Shown piece by piece: positions 23,741 to 36,420 of a DNA stretch of 64,000 bases. Each line of letters starts with the position of its first letter. Positions within the stretch are counted from its first letter, which is position 1. The stretch covers positions 619,727-683,726 of the forward strand of contig BCKZ01000005.1 of NCBI GenBank assembly GCA_001600815.1, given 5' to 3'. The notes under the pieces are model-generated. The model was not told the DNA's origin and made no database searches. It saw only the letters and a program-made list of their open reading frames with translations. The position numbers were made by a program, and so were the translations under genes. Origin of the DNA: Alloascoidea hylecoeti (taxonomy: Eukaryota).

Positions 23741-24124
23741 ATGTCAGCAACTCCAAATCCAAAGGCTTTCCCATTGGCAGACGATGCCTTAACACAAACC
23801 ATTCTTGACCATGTTCAACAGGCTTCGCACTATCGTCAATTGAAGAAAGGTGCTAATGAAGCAACTAAAACATTGAACAGAGGTATCAGTGAATTTATCA
23901 TCATGGCTGCTGATACTGAACCTATTGAGATTCTATTACATTTACCACTGTTATGTGAAGATAAAAATGTTCCTTATGTCTTTGTACCAAGTAAAATTGC
24001 TTTAGGACGTGCTTGCGGTGTTACTAGACCAGTGGTTGCTGCCAGTATTACAACTAATGATCAATCACAAATAAAGGATGGTATTTTAAAGATTAAAGAT
24101 GAAATTGAAAGATTACTTATTTAA
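23741..24124 (+). CDS. SNU13: Snu13 / 15.5K K-turn-binding protein
   Basis: NPKAFPLAD...[53 protein letters not shown]. Confidence 0.97.
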   Translation: MSATPNPKAFPLADDALTQTILDHVQQASHYRQLKKGANEATKTLNRGISEFIIMAADTEPIEILLHLPLLCEDKNVPYVFVPSKIALGRACGVTRPVVAASITTNDQSQIKDGILKIKDEIERLLI

Positions 24125-24713
24125 TTTTAATTGATTGAAAGATTAAAAAGAAAACTCAAATGAGCAGAATTTTTTATCAATTTTTATTATTATTCTTATT
24201 ATATGTAATAACTAATCTTGTCTAATATATATATTCTTGTTTGTATTTCTATATTATACATTTAAATTTATAATGAAAGTAACATTTTTATATGAATTTT
24301 GTTTGAAATTTTTATCCTATACACGTGATAAACACAGTCTTTCCACTTAATTTCGGTCATAGTGTTTGCTAAAACTTCGTTGAATAATGTGATACACACA
24401 GTATTTCCTAATTAAGAATAACTATAACAAAATCTATCTTAACGACTGGTTCCGTATGTTCCACCATATTGATGAATAATTATCTATCATCCTCCTTATT
24501 AATTAATTATTCTATATTATAGTTATATTATATATGTATATGGCTGAAGCTTATAGTATAGAAAACGTGAAGGGTGTGGTTGATAAATTCTTCATCAAAA
24601 GATGACCGAATATCTAACGTTAACATAAAAAGTGATCGAATTAGAAATTACTATGTATATCAAATCTCTGCAATCGATATCACTTTATAAATAATATATA
24701 TTTAGATTAAAAA

Positions 24714-27700
24714 TTAAAAGTCAGCTTCGGTTATGCTTGATTTCTCACACATTTGAGAAAATAATGAGGTTTTATCATTAAATAAATGTAATGGAGTATC
24801 AAATTCTTGAATAACACCTTGATCTAAAACCATTATTCTATCATATTGAAGTATTGTTTTTAAACGATGAGCAATACATAAAATTGTACAATTATTGAAT
24901 TCTTTACTGATTGTATTTTGAATTTTAAAATCTGTTTCGTAATCAACTGATGATGTTGCTTCATCTAATATTAGGATTTTAGATTTTTTAACCAATGCTC
25001 TTGCTAGTGCTAAAAGTTGTCGTTCTCCAAGACTAAAATTACTTCCTCCATCTTCAACAACTTGATCTAAATGAAATTTATGAATATTTTTCTTATTATT
25101 ATCAGTTTTATTATCATCAAGATTGATTTCTTGGGATTTCATAAGTTCAACAGTATCAGAATCAAATAAATGTTGAATTGAATTCCATAATTCATCATCA
25201 CTAAATTGATCAAAAGGATCAAGATTACTTCTAATTGTACCAAGAAATAATGCAGGATCTTGTGGTATAACGGCCATTTTAGATCTTAATTCAAAAAGTC
25301 CGATTGTTGATGTATCAATATCATCAATTATAATCGATCCTTTACTAATTTCTGTTAATCTAAATAATGCACCCATGATTGTAGATTTACCTGATCCTGT
25401 TCTACCACAAATTCCAATTTTTTCATTAGGTTTAATTTCAAATGAAATATCCTTTAAAACAAATGGTAAATTTGGTCTATAATTAAGATAAACATTTTTA
25501 AAATTTATTGATCCATTTATTGGCCATTCATCATTTGGTTTTGTGGCTTCAATATGATAAGGTGCTTCAGAATCTAATTCAAATCCATAATTATATAATC
25601 TTTCAACTGAAATAAAATCATTTTGAACTTGTGTTAATAATCGAACCATATATCCAATAAAACCAGAAACTTCAATAATATTTGATAATAATAATCCAGT
25701 TGATGAAGCATTTATACTAAATTGTCCATTAACACAAAGTACTGCAATAATAAAAGTTGCAATAGATGATATTATATCAATTCTAATTGATAACCATCTT
25801 TGATTAGATAATGTCAAAAAATATGCTGAATTCATATCATTAATTAATTCTGAATTTTTAGATTTAAATCTTTCTTCTTGATTAAATGATTTAATCGTAT
25901 CAAGACCATTCATTGTTTCATTAATATTACTATAAACAATTGATCTACTAGTTGCCTCTATTCTCTTAACTTCTCTTGATGATCGAATATAATATTCAAA
26001 ATATAGATGATAAATTATAAATATGACACCAACAACAAGTAAAATCCATGGTAAATAAACTGCTGTTAATACTACTGTACCAATTATACTGAATATGAAA
26101 CTTATAACTGTATTAAGTAATTCAGATAATTCATTATCAATAACATCTGTATCTTTTGTAAACCTATTTAAAATTCTACCCATTGGTGTTATATCAAAAA
26201 ATGTCATTTTTGAATAAAGAATTGATCTCGCTGCTGTTTTATAAATATTTAAACCAGCACGATTGAAAACTTCCAAATTTGTTAGTAAAGATATATAATA
26301 AATGTAAAAGAATAATCAATAACTCACTGTATGATCCAAAATAATAGGCACTAAAAACAACAATCGATGAAAGTATACCAAACATAACATATAATCCAAT
26401 ATAAATACCAGAACTTAAATCAAATCTTCCAGATGTCCAAAAACTTAACCAAACACTACTAAAGATTTGTAAAAAAGCTGATAATGATGATAAGAATAAT
26501 AAGATTATTAATGAAAAATAACCCATTTTACCACTACCAAGTAAAATATATTTTTTATAAATATAAAATGGTACTGAATCCTCAGCGCTATCTTCATCTT
26601 CAGTTAATTGACCATTAACTAATCCTTCATATTTTGCATTATCAATTTCTTTTTCTTTTTCTTTTTCATCAATTTCATCTTCATAATTATAATTTGATTT
26701 TTTATTTTCTTTAAATTCTTTTTCTTTTAAATCACTAAATTCAAATAATTTTTTAAAATCAGATACATTATTAATTAAATTTTCTAATGTATCAATATAA
26801 AATTTATTATCATCAGATAAATAAATAATTCTATCAGCATTTTTAATTAATGATAATTGATGAGTTGCTAAAATTCTTGTTTTATTTTTTAAATAATCAA
26901 TTATACAATTATTCATTATATTTTTACCAACTTTTGCATCAACAGCACTTAAGACATCATCTAATAAAATTATATCAAATGAATTATTATTATCATAATT
27001 TAAATAAATTGATCTTGCAAGATTGATTCTTGATTTTTGTCCGCCTGATAAATTAATACCTTTTTCACCAATTTCTGTTAAATCACCAGCAGGAAGTATA
27101 TTTAAATCATTATTTAATTCACAAATATTAATTATTTTATTATATCTTTTTTCATCAAATTTTGAACCAAATATTATATTTTCTCGAATTGTCGTATTTT
27201 GAATCCATGGATATGAACAAAAATTTAATTTACCATTAATAAATAAATTTCCATTGGTTTTTTGCATCATTCCTGAAATTGCATATAATAAACTGGTTTT
27301 ACCTGTACCAATTGATCCTGTTAGTATAATTAATTCATTTTTTTTAATCGATAAATTAATATCATTAAGACCTTTGAATTTAGAAGTTGGGGTTTTATTT
27401 TCAGGATCATCTTTATTTACATCTAGATCTTCATTTTTAAGTGTAGCAGTAGTATCAACCTGAGTATCTGGTTTGTCCTTTGATTCCTTTTTTTTAGATT
27501 TAAATTTAAAAGGATCGTTATTTTCAATTAAATCTTTTTCTTCTTGTGTTGCAGTTTCCCAAACAAATGAAGCATTTTCAATTATTATTGCATTATCATT
27601 ACTATCGTCTTTATTATAATGATTATCATTATCGTTATTAATTTGGACTTGTCCTTCTTCTGCCTGTAAAAACAATGAAATTCTATCAAAAGCTGCAAAA

Positions 27701-29052
27701 GCATCGGCACTTGATGATAAACTTATTGGTAACATAATTAGAGGCAATCTAAAAATATTAAATAGAGTCATTGAAGAAAAAACATTTGCTGCATCCAAAT
27801 CATTTCCAATAGCATAAATAACAACAAATGAAACCATTGCACAAATGATTGGAATACAGGTAACTAAAGCATTTATAAAATTTCTTAAAGCTTGTAAGTC
27901 TAATATGATATTCATTTCATTTGTTCTAATCTTTGATAATATATTGTCATATGCTTCTTCCCAAGCATAATATTTTACAATCTTCATTGAATTTATAACC
28001 TCATTTATCATACTGACTCTTTTATCTGTTTGTTTGTTGATTTTTAATCTTAAATTCATAAAAGATTTTAAGCTAAACAAAAGGGCCACCATTGCAATTA
28101 GTCCAATAGCTACACCGATTAAAGCTGCAGCACCTAAATTAACAATTAATAAAGCAATCACAAGAATGATTACAAATATAAATGAATAATTAAAATGGAA
28201 AAATTGAAAACCAAAATCAACTCTTGATAAATCAGAACCAACAAGGGTTGTAATTTTACCACTAGTAAATATTGTTTTAGATTTATTTGATAATCTCATT
28301 GATTTTTGATACATGACATTGGTTAAAACAGATCTTACTTTTGCACCTGTCATCATTGATAAATAAAACGAATGATTCACTGTAAATGCAATTGTTATTA
28401 TCATACCGAGAAGACCTAATGAATAACCAATTCCTTTACCAATTGGATAATCTTCAGGATGTGTTTTATGACCTTGTACAAAACTAATTATTTTCTTAAC
28501 AACTACTGATTCTACTGTTTGACCAAGATCAGTTATGACAATAAGCAAACCTCCCAACCAGAATTGTTTTCCAAATGTATCACTAACACTAAGCAATAAA
28601 ATAATGGTTGGAATTTTTAATTTTTTAATCTCTTCTTCTGCTAAACCTTGATTTCTTTTCTTGTTATAATAATTTTCTAATCGTTTATCAAAATTATTCA
28701 ATAACTTTTCTGTCATATAATCAACTGATACTTCACCATCCATAATGAAAAGATCAGTCTTTTCAAGTTTTCTTGAAAATCCAATTTTTACAATTGATCC
28801 AACCCATGTAAAAAATAGATATGAAAACCAATTTGGTCTTGGGTATGTATGAAGTTTCTTTTCGGGAATTGGATAGTCTTTTCCAATGAATATTGAGAGA
28901 AATCTGGTAGTTATTGATTTTTTCTTCTCTTTTACAACTGCATTTGTTTTGTGTATGTTTGAACTCAAGTTTGAGTTATTATGAATAATGACATTAGATT
29001 CAACTTCAATATTAATTGAGTAATAATCAGCTGTCTTATCATGATCAGACAT
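24714..29052 (-). CDS. ABCC/MRP-family transporter, Yor1-like; 2 exons: 29052-26328 and 26269-24714
   Basis: TMD1-NBD1 (GSIGTGKT, LSGGQ, ILLDD) and TMD2-NBD2 (GRTGSGKS, FSLGE, ILDEATS). A 58-nt intron GTGAGT..TACTAAC..AAG (26327-26270) joins the two ORFs in frame (FGSY-I-FNRAGL). Confidence 0.9.
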
Positions 29053-29403
29053 TGAAAAGTGATATAATGGTATATTTTTAACTAAGTTGGGGATGTGGAG
29101 TCTTTATAATCCTGGTCCGTCTGCTAATTTTACCCACAAAGCCGTTCATCTGATGTGTAAAATTTAAGGTTTATTCTTCCTTATATCTCCATTAAAACCC
29201 GGGTGATGGAATTTGCTTACAATGGTATAATAGCAGATGTATTCATGGCTCAAAAATCTAGGATCCCGATTGTCAGGTCTACGTATTAATCATGGGATTA
29301 TCCCAACCTGATAATATGATGGTGTAATGTCATTATTGTTGCAACATTAACAGGACTTTGATAAATACACAACTACGCACAACGGCGTTAACGTTTAAAT
29401 CCA

Positions 29404-29439
29404 TTAGTCATAAATGACTCATAATACATGTATGACTAA
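29404..29439. promoter_or_regulatory. Three AP-1/Yap/Gcn4-type elements upstream of the ABCC gene
   Basis: TTAGTCA 29404, TGACTCA 29415, TGACTAA 29433, ~350 bp upstream of the ATG. Confidence 0.55.
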
Positions 29440-30953
29440 ATAAGTGTCATATTATACTATGGCCACTTTTTATCTTCACGGACCATTAATGATATATAAT
29501 TACTGTTAGGAGTACAATTGCAAGCGGAGAGGACCGGCCACAAACTCAAAGTATGTAATAAACATCTATGCTGAATTTGAATGCTAGCGCTGATGGTATA
29601 AAAGATGATTTCAATGCTTATATGATTACTGATGCATAGCTGGTAGCTCTATTTGCCACTTATTTGCCACTAGCTTGCTATTTAACTGTAGCTTAGTAAT
29701 TGTCGATGGCGAATGGAAAAATTAATGAGATGAGTGGCGCAAATCATATAGGATATAGCGGTATCAGCGGGGCTTAATTGCCAGCTAGAAGTAAATCCAT
29801 GTATCATCTTATTTCGATAAGTAACCCTCACATCACATTAATGATGTATGATTGAAAATCTAAAATACAAACTCGTCAATCATATCTTAAATATGAATAT
29901 TGTTTTTAGAGAGTGGCATGGACTGCTTAGGTATGGCCTTGAACCCAGCGGTTAACATTCAATAACTTAACAGATCCACGTCATTTTCAACATAAGCACA
30001 CGCTTAACACAAAATAAGACAAATTATTTACAGAGAAAGATGCCTTTAATATAGAAATCACACATTGAGGCTAAAACTAAGGGGTCGCTGAATTTTTGTA
30101 TTCAGCATGGCCGAATAATATATTAACTATTCGAAATTTTAGTTCAAGGTATCGCCTAATAATCTGCTCATCATCTGACGTATTTGTATTCACTAGCCTA
30201 GACGAGCATTAATTCATCATGTAGCCGAATATTTATCCATACAGAAAAGTACATTTTGAAAAGTGGCGGAACATGCACACAATGGCCTAACATTAGTAAA
30301 CCATGTGGCTGAATATTTAGTGTATCCCGCGGCGAAACAGCACATCGTACGGCCAATAAGTGAAACCACTGTATTATCTTGTGACAATATAGCATTCATA
30401 GTATTTCATACAATCATAGAAACAAACCTTGGTATTGCGATTTTAATTCACGATGATACTTTAGCTCTAATTATTGTTTTTTTTTAAAAAAAAAATGAAA
30501 CTTTTTCTTGCTTTGGTGGTCATCCAGAATTTATATTCTCACACTAGCTACACCACAATAACCGCTTTCAGAATACATACACCTTACAGTATTCTTTGAT
30601 CAGAGAGGCATCATATATATTATATCAAGATGATAGCTTCTAACTAATAGTGGACCGATGAGAAATTGTGTTCAACGAATAGATCTACTAAGTTCAATTG
30701 CAACGCGTAACGCACTAAATTTTAGAAATTTAGAAAAATTTTCACACTATAGAAAAAAGACAAAGATTATCGGAGTCATAAGTAGATTTTGGTGATATCT
30801 ATAATATATATATATTTATTGCTGATTTTGTAATTCGTGGTTGCAACAAAACAATGTTAACTTATAATTAAGGTATCCGAGTATTCAAACCCATTAGAGC
30901 ACTAGTTACTATGTACCGTCTATTGTACAGTTTTCATCTGAAATCCATTTATA

Positions 30954-31886
30954 TTAAAAAAGTAAAATTTGATCATTACCTCTTAGTCTCTTGTAAAAAT
31001 TTGAATAATTAATATCAATATTGATATTATTAATAGTATAATTAGTAGTATTTCTATCTTCAATTTCATCACGAACAATATTAGAATGTTCTCTAACTAA
31101 TCGTTGCATATTTATTCTAGAACTGCTAGTTTCATCATAAGCATTAATATTATCAATTAAACAATCAGTAATGGTGATATTTGAAAGTTCATTAAAATAT
31201 TGATGATTTAATTTATCAATAAATTCGGTCGAAATTTTAAAACCTCTTAAAAATAATATTTTTAAATTTGGAAATATCTTATCCATTATATTAAGTGGAA
31301 TCAATTCTTTTATATCTAGTAAATTCTCAGTTGCAAACAAATCTTTTCGGAAACCACATAGTGTCATAATAATATCATCAATTCTTAACGATCCACGCTT
31401 ATTAATACTTTCATGCTCTATTAGTTCTTTTAATCGATATTTATAAAATGAATCATCAGGACCTTGAGTTTTCAACCCAATTTGTGATATGAACTCAACA
31501 ATTTCGATTTGGGTTATTTCTTCACGTACAAAATGTAAGGGAAACTCTTTAGTATCAACACAAACAATACTAATTTTCTTTAAATTTGGACAGGACTTTA
31601 AAAGATGTATTAATCTTTTTGATGAAGAAAATCCATAAATATCACCATTATAAAGAGCGTATTCTAAAGAACGAATGTGTTTACCGATTCTAGTTAAAAA
31701 TGTACCACCCGAAGTAGCCAGAAGATCAGAAATTGTATGATTTTTATTATCAATAACGATATGATTAAATATTAATCCTGATAATAAGTCTCTAAAGTAA
31801 TGGGAAAGACATGAAATATTGAGACGATCATCAAGGTCAAGATCTTTCAAAATTAAAAGATATATTTCAAATGGGAGTTGTATCAT
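30954..31886 (-). CDS. F-box protein with LRR-like C-terminus (paralog A; probable ATG 31886)
   Basis: MIQLPFEIYLLILKDLDLDDRLNISCLSHYFRDL F-box; CPNLKKISI and FPNLKILFLRG LRR-like units. Confidence 0.72.
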   Translation of the reverse strand: MIQLPFEIYLLILKDLDLDDRLNISCLSHYFRDLLSGLIFNHIVIDNKNHTISDLLATSGGTFLTRIGKHIRSLEYALYNGDIYGFSSSKRLIHLLKSCPNLKKISIVCVDTKEFPLHFVREEITQIEIVEFISQIGLKTQGPDDSFYKYRLKELIEHESINKRGSLRIDDIIMTLCGFRKDLFATENLLDIKELIPLNIMDKIFPNLKILFLRGFKISTEFIDKLNHQYFNELSNITITDCLIDNINAYDETSSSRINMQRLVREHSNIVRDEIEDRNTTNYTINNINIDINYSNFYKRLRGNDQILLF

Positions 31887-33113
31887 TTTAATTTTCAATT
31901 TAAGGGTAGTTAACGTTAGGTTGTCGGAAAATTTTGACACATTAGAAAAATCTTGACTTACGGTTTTATATATTGATCAGAAATATAATAATATTAATTT
32001 TCGTATGAGAGATTTAAAAAAAATTATTAATTAATATTAATTAGAAAAAATATTCGCGTATAAAATTAATCTGAAAATGAAGGTTAATCATATATACCTT
32101 ATGTATTCCACAAATATTAAAACAATTGGTATTAAGATTGGATAGTTTCACTCAATCTTGCAATATTAATCCATTGCTAACCTGGTTCCAATTTTTAATT
32201 TGGAATACTAAATGTTATAAGATCTTATATAAGATTTAGATGTGTGACACCTAGTATAAGATTTAGCATATAACTTATATTTAAGGTACATCTTAATTGC
32301 TATATAAAAAGGACTTTATCATAAATATATACCCAGCTCTTAGTGCCTATAAAGAGTGGGCCCAGTAGTTCTCTCCTTTCTAAATACAAGTTATTTTTCA
32401 ATCATCTATAACCGCTGTATCTTTAGTAAGGAGTCAAATTTATTTAAATTTGAATTGTGGTAGCGACCGTTTCATCCAATCTATCATTATGATTCTTTAA
32501 TGAAATTTAAGGATCAAGCTTGTTTAAAATTAATGGATATCCTAATATAGATAATCACATTTAATTATTAAAAGTAATTTATAACGCAACTACATAATTG
32601 TTTTTTAATAAGGTTAAGCTTAAATAGATGTGTGCATAAGGCTTATATCTTCACATGTAACATAATAATAATAATTTTATAGAACACAAATAGAACTTTT
32701 CGTCATGACACTGTAACATTATTATTATACCTAGTTAGCTTGGCGTTAATATTACTTCAAATTTCTAAACTGCTACTGCTACAAACTATCGTATTGCAGA
32801 TGTGTCAGAACTTAGAAGAAAATAATACATTTATTAAATTGTTTATTAAATTTATTCTGCCCCGTTTATAAAAGCAGCCGAGATATTTAATATATGAAAG
32901 GAGTTAACGGGACAGTTACCGTTACAATTTGTATACAAATGTGAATAGAAAACTAGTAATTAATTATAAGTTTAGATAATTAGATATCGACATTTGACTT
33001 CATTACATATATTTAAAGCTTAATAATTATAAGGCTTCCTGATTCTTGTACAGTATAACTTATAAGTAGAGCCCCAGGAAATATATTGATTTCTAGTAGG
33101 ATGCAGGTTATAA

Positions 33114-34064
33114 TTAATACTGGTTACGGATGGATGTAAACGCCTTTATCATTTGGTTGGCGTCATATTTCAATTGCAATAAATCATGTTCATCTTTAAG
33201 AGACCGATAAAAGTTTGAATATTCAACGATGAGATTAATTCTTTGAGGTTTCACCATCCTTGCAATTTTATTTGAGGGTCTAAAATATTCATTATTAATA
33301 TTGTGTGATGTTGGGATGACACTATCCATATTCATAACTAACTTTTCTTGTGGGTCAATTGCACAGTCAACAAGTGATATATTTTTAAGTTTATGAAGTT
33401 GACTTATTTTATTAATGAAATTTGAAGGCAATTTATAGCCCCGTAAATAAATGTTTTTTAACTTTTTAAAAGATTTGGGGAAATCAATAGATATTGAACC
33501 TTTATTTGTGATTTTCATACAATCTTTAAGAAGCTCAAATTCATCAGGGTCTTGATTTAATGAAATTTTATTTATTAGTTTTTGATATTTAAAAAAATGA
33601 TCTTTTATATTCGTTGTCATAATTCCAGCAGTTGAGATAATTTCTAATTCATTAATTTGATTTATATTACTGGGTACAAAACATAATGGAAAGATATAAT
33701 TTTGAATAGCTAATATGCTAATCTTTTTTAGATTTGGACACATTGATAACAAAAAATGAAGTGATCCAGAAGAAGGTGGAAATTCGAAAGCTATAAAAGT
33801 GAAATTATCATTTGAAGGATAGACAATATATTCAATAGAATTAACATATGGTCCTATTGCTGATAAAAAATCGAATCCCAACGACTGTTGCCACAAATCT
33901 ATAATCTGGTGATCAACGTTATCAAATATTATGGTTTTAAATGCAAGGTACTTCAAAATATCGCGATGATAATGCGAAACTGATGATAAGCTTATTATAT
34001 CGTTAGAATCTAGGTAATCAGCTATTTGAAGTATAATTTCGGTTGGAAGTTCTATCATATGCAT
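33114..34064 (-). CDS. F-box protein with LRR-like C-terminus (paralog B; ATG 34064 or 34058)
   Basis: MIELPTEIILQIADYLDSNDIISLSSVSHYHRD F-box; shares CPNLKKISI, LRG(F/Y)K, DC(A/L)ID and YSNFY with paralog A. Confidence 0.72.
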   Translation of the reverse strand: MHMIELPTEIILQIADYLDSNDIISLSSVSHYHRDILKYLAFKTIIFDNVDHQIIDLWQQSLGFDFLSAIGPYVNSIEYIVYPSNDNFTFIAFEFPPSSGSLHFLLSMCPNLKKISILAIQNYIFPLCFVPSNINQINELEIISTAGIMTTNIKDHFFKYQKLINKISLNQDPDEFELLKDCMKITNKGSISIDFPKSFKKLKNIYLRGYKLPSNFINKISQLHKLKNISLVDCAIDPQEKLVMNMDSVIPTSHNINNEYFRPSNKIARMVKPQRINLIVEYSNFYRSLKDEHDLLQLKYDANQMIKAFTSIRNQY

Positions 34065-35409
34065 TACCAAGAAGTCTTCGAATCTAAAGGGTTTATTTAA
34101 ATTTATAACTGTGGTGAGGTTCAAGGAGGAGAGTTTGGTATAATATATTGATGATCATACACAGGGGTAAGATTGATTAATACATTGTTTTCCAGTTCCT
34201 AATATTAAAATTGTGATATAACTGTTGATTACATTCAGAATTGTTATATTGGCCAATCATGCTTTGATTGTAATGAATTAGCTAGAGTAAAGATCAAAAA
34301 CAAATATCTTACTTATACCATATCGCCATCACACCATTTATTGCAAAAACAGTAGTCCTATCAAGAGAGTAAGCCGCCTTAAGCCGAACATTGATTCCAT
34401 ATAATTGGTTGATTTCATATAGATACATTGGTGTATATCTTGACCTGAATACTGTTTGCTCTTTGGACGCTATTTAGCATTGTAAGATATAAGGTCCTTA
34501 TTGAGACTAGTCTCTATCAGTCGTATGCAATCGCAAACCTAAGTGTTATTAATACTCTATAAATGTCAAATATACCTTTCATTTTGTAAATCTTGTAATT
34601 GCAAAATTGAAAAGTATAGCTAATTATAATATTATAAGATCAATGTTTAAATTTACAGATGTAGCTACTTACATGGTGAGCATTGAAGATGAAAACACAA
34701 AACTTCATCACTATAAAAAGAGTAGACAATATTTAAATGGTTAATCTACAAGAAGTTGTCTCTGTAACTATGTAATATATGATATATAGGGCCTAGGCCC
34801 AATAGTTTGTCTTCAAAGCATAGTATTATCATACCAATCGTTTATACTTATTGTCTACATATCGAGCAATTACCTCGATTGAATTATTAATAACTAATCA
34901 TATCTAAGGTGCAATAATAAAAAAGAAAATTGCGTAGTATATGGTATGACTAGGATCAAGTTGTACATTTACAATATAATTCGTAATGTTCGTGAACTAA
35001 AACTGCCGTTAATTATAAAACTACTATAGTTATATAAAAATAAGAAATCACCGCTATAGACATGTATCCTTTTTTCTCTATACCAGCACTTTCAATTTTT
35101 ATGAAAATTTACAATGCGTAAACTCGATTCTGTAGAAAAATCCCTATAAGATTAAAAGAAAAGAAGAAAAAAAAAATAGATCAATTTCATCCTAAATTTG
35201 AACACAAAGAAGAGAATAGTACTTTCTGAAGGAAAACTTACGCAATGTGGGATGTGATATGCTTTTTTACATACTTCCATGAATTTTCCTCTTTGAGAGG
35301 ATCTAGATCTAGAACTCCAACATAAATTAAGCTTAGACGTCGTGTCCATCCTGGTAATTGATATATTTCTTAATATATCTATTCCTTTTAAGGTAGTTAC
35401 ATAATTTAG

Positions 35410-36010
35410 ATTAGAATTAAGTTTGTGTCACCAAATGGCATTACAGCGAGAAAAAATGAACACTTGGTTGAGAACTGAGACTTCTACGAGTTATGAGCTT
35501 GATATACATTCATTAGTTTGAAAAATATCGTCTTCTTTATCTTAACATCTTAATATATTGCTGTTTGTGATAGTCTAGTCGCGTTGAGTGACACAAGCCG
35601 TGCGCTTATGTACCACATAAGAAATAAAAAAAACTAAAACATTTTTTAAAATTTAACAAGATTATTTATTATTTATATAAAATGTATCTGTCTTTGATGA
35701 GTTATAGGATAATTTTACAGATTTTAGAAAACATACTTGCTGGTTTCAAGAGAAAGGTATCACCATTCAATCCAAATCTAGAAGAAGTTTTGTGCACTGA
35801 TGGAAAAACACAACTAAACCGATTCAAAGTACGTGTATTGAATAAAAAGGACTCACTAAAAAGGCCTATAAAGAAAATATGAAGTAGTTGGCCGATTTTA
35901 TGGAAGAGTCTTCGATTTCTGATGAGAAGGCTGATTATCTACTTAGTTACAAAGTGCTTAATCCGTTAACGTTAGAGAACTTGAATGGGTCATTTTCAGG
36001 AGTCAGTACA
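35410..36010 (+). mobile_element. Decayed Ty1/copia integrase fragment
   Basis: NGITARKNEHLVE (35434-35472) vs copia NGVAERKNRHLVE; downstream QAV, VSPF and SYKVLNPLT resemble the EAV, TPFE and GY(R/K)xxNPxT blocks in order; many stops and frameshifts. Confidence 0.6.
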
Positions 36011-36319
36011 AGCGTGAGAGGGATATCCAATATTTTACTTATTCTTAAAATTATATATCCAAATACTACATTATTTTTAGAGCTAAAATTTGCTATTTAT
36101 TGCGTGTGTGGTTATTGACAATATACAGATAAATTATTATTTTATTGTAAACAGGCCTAAGTGCAAATTTTTTTTACTCCATGTTACACGATTGAAATTC
36201 AACGAAATATAAAGTAATGGAATCATCCTTAGTCATATACAATCACAGAACTTGGTAACTTCACTATAACAATAGCAATTAATTTCAAATTACTTGACCA
36301 GGCCTGTATATGCTTTAAG

Positions 36320-36385
36320 TTAGGGCTTAATTAATTTTGCCCTAATTATTTTGTGCATCTCACGTGATTCAGAATGAATATATAA
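36320..36385 (+). promoter_or_regulatory. U3 promoter: two Tbf1-type sites, TCACGTGA, TATA box
   Basis: TTAGGGCT 36320-36327, GCCCTAA 36339-36345, TCACGTGA 36360-36367, TATATAA 36379-36385. Confidence 0.65.
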
Positions 36386-36420
36386 GGAAGAAGAGTTTCT
36401 CCTCTTCCGTTTTTTTCTTT

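Noticed and set aside
26239..26330. Apparent frameshift or split of the ABC transporter into two overlapping ORFs
   Set aside because: A 58-nt intron (GTGAGT..TACTAAC..AAG) restores the frame; neither a pseudogene nor programmed frameshifting is needed.
29920..29960. B-box-like GGTTCAAG (also at ~39062) suggesting a tRNA
   Set aside because: No cloverleaf or acceptor stem; no tRNA gene recognised in the window.
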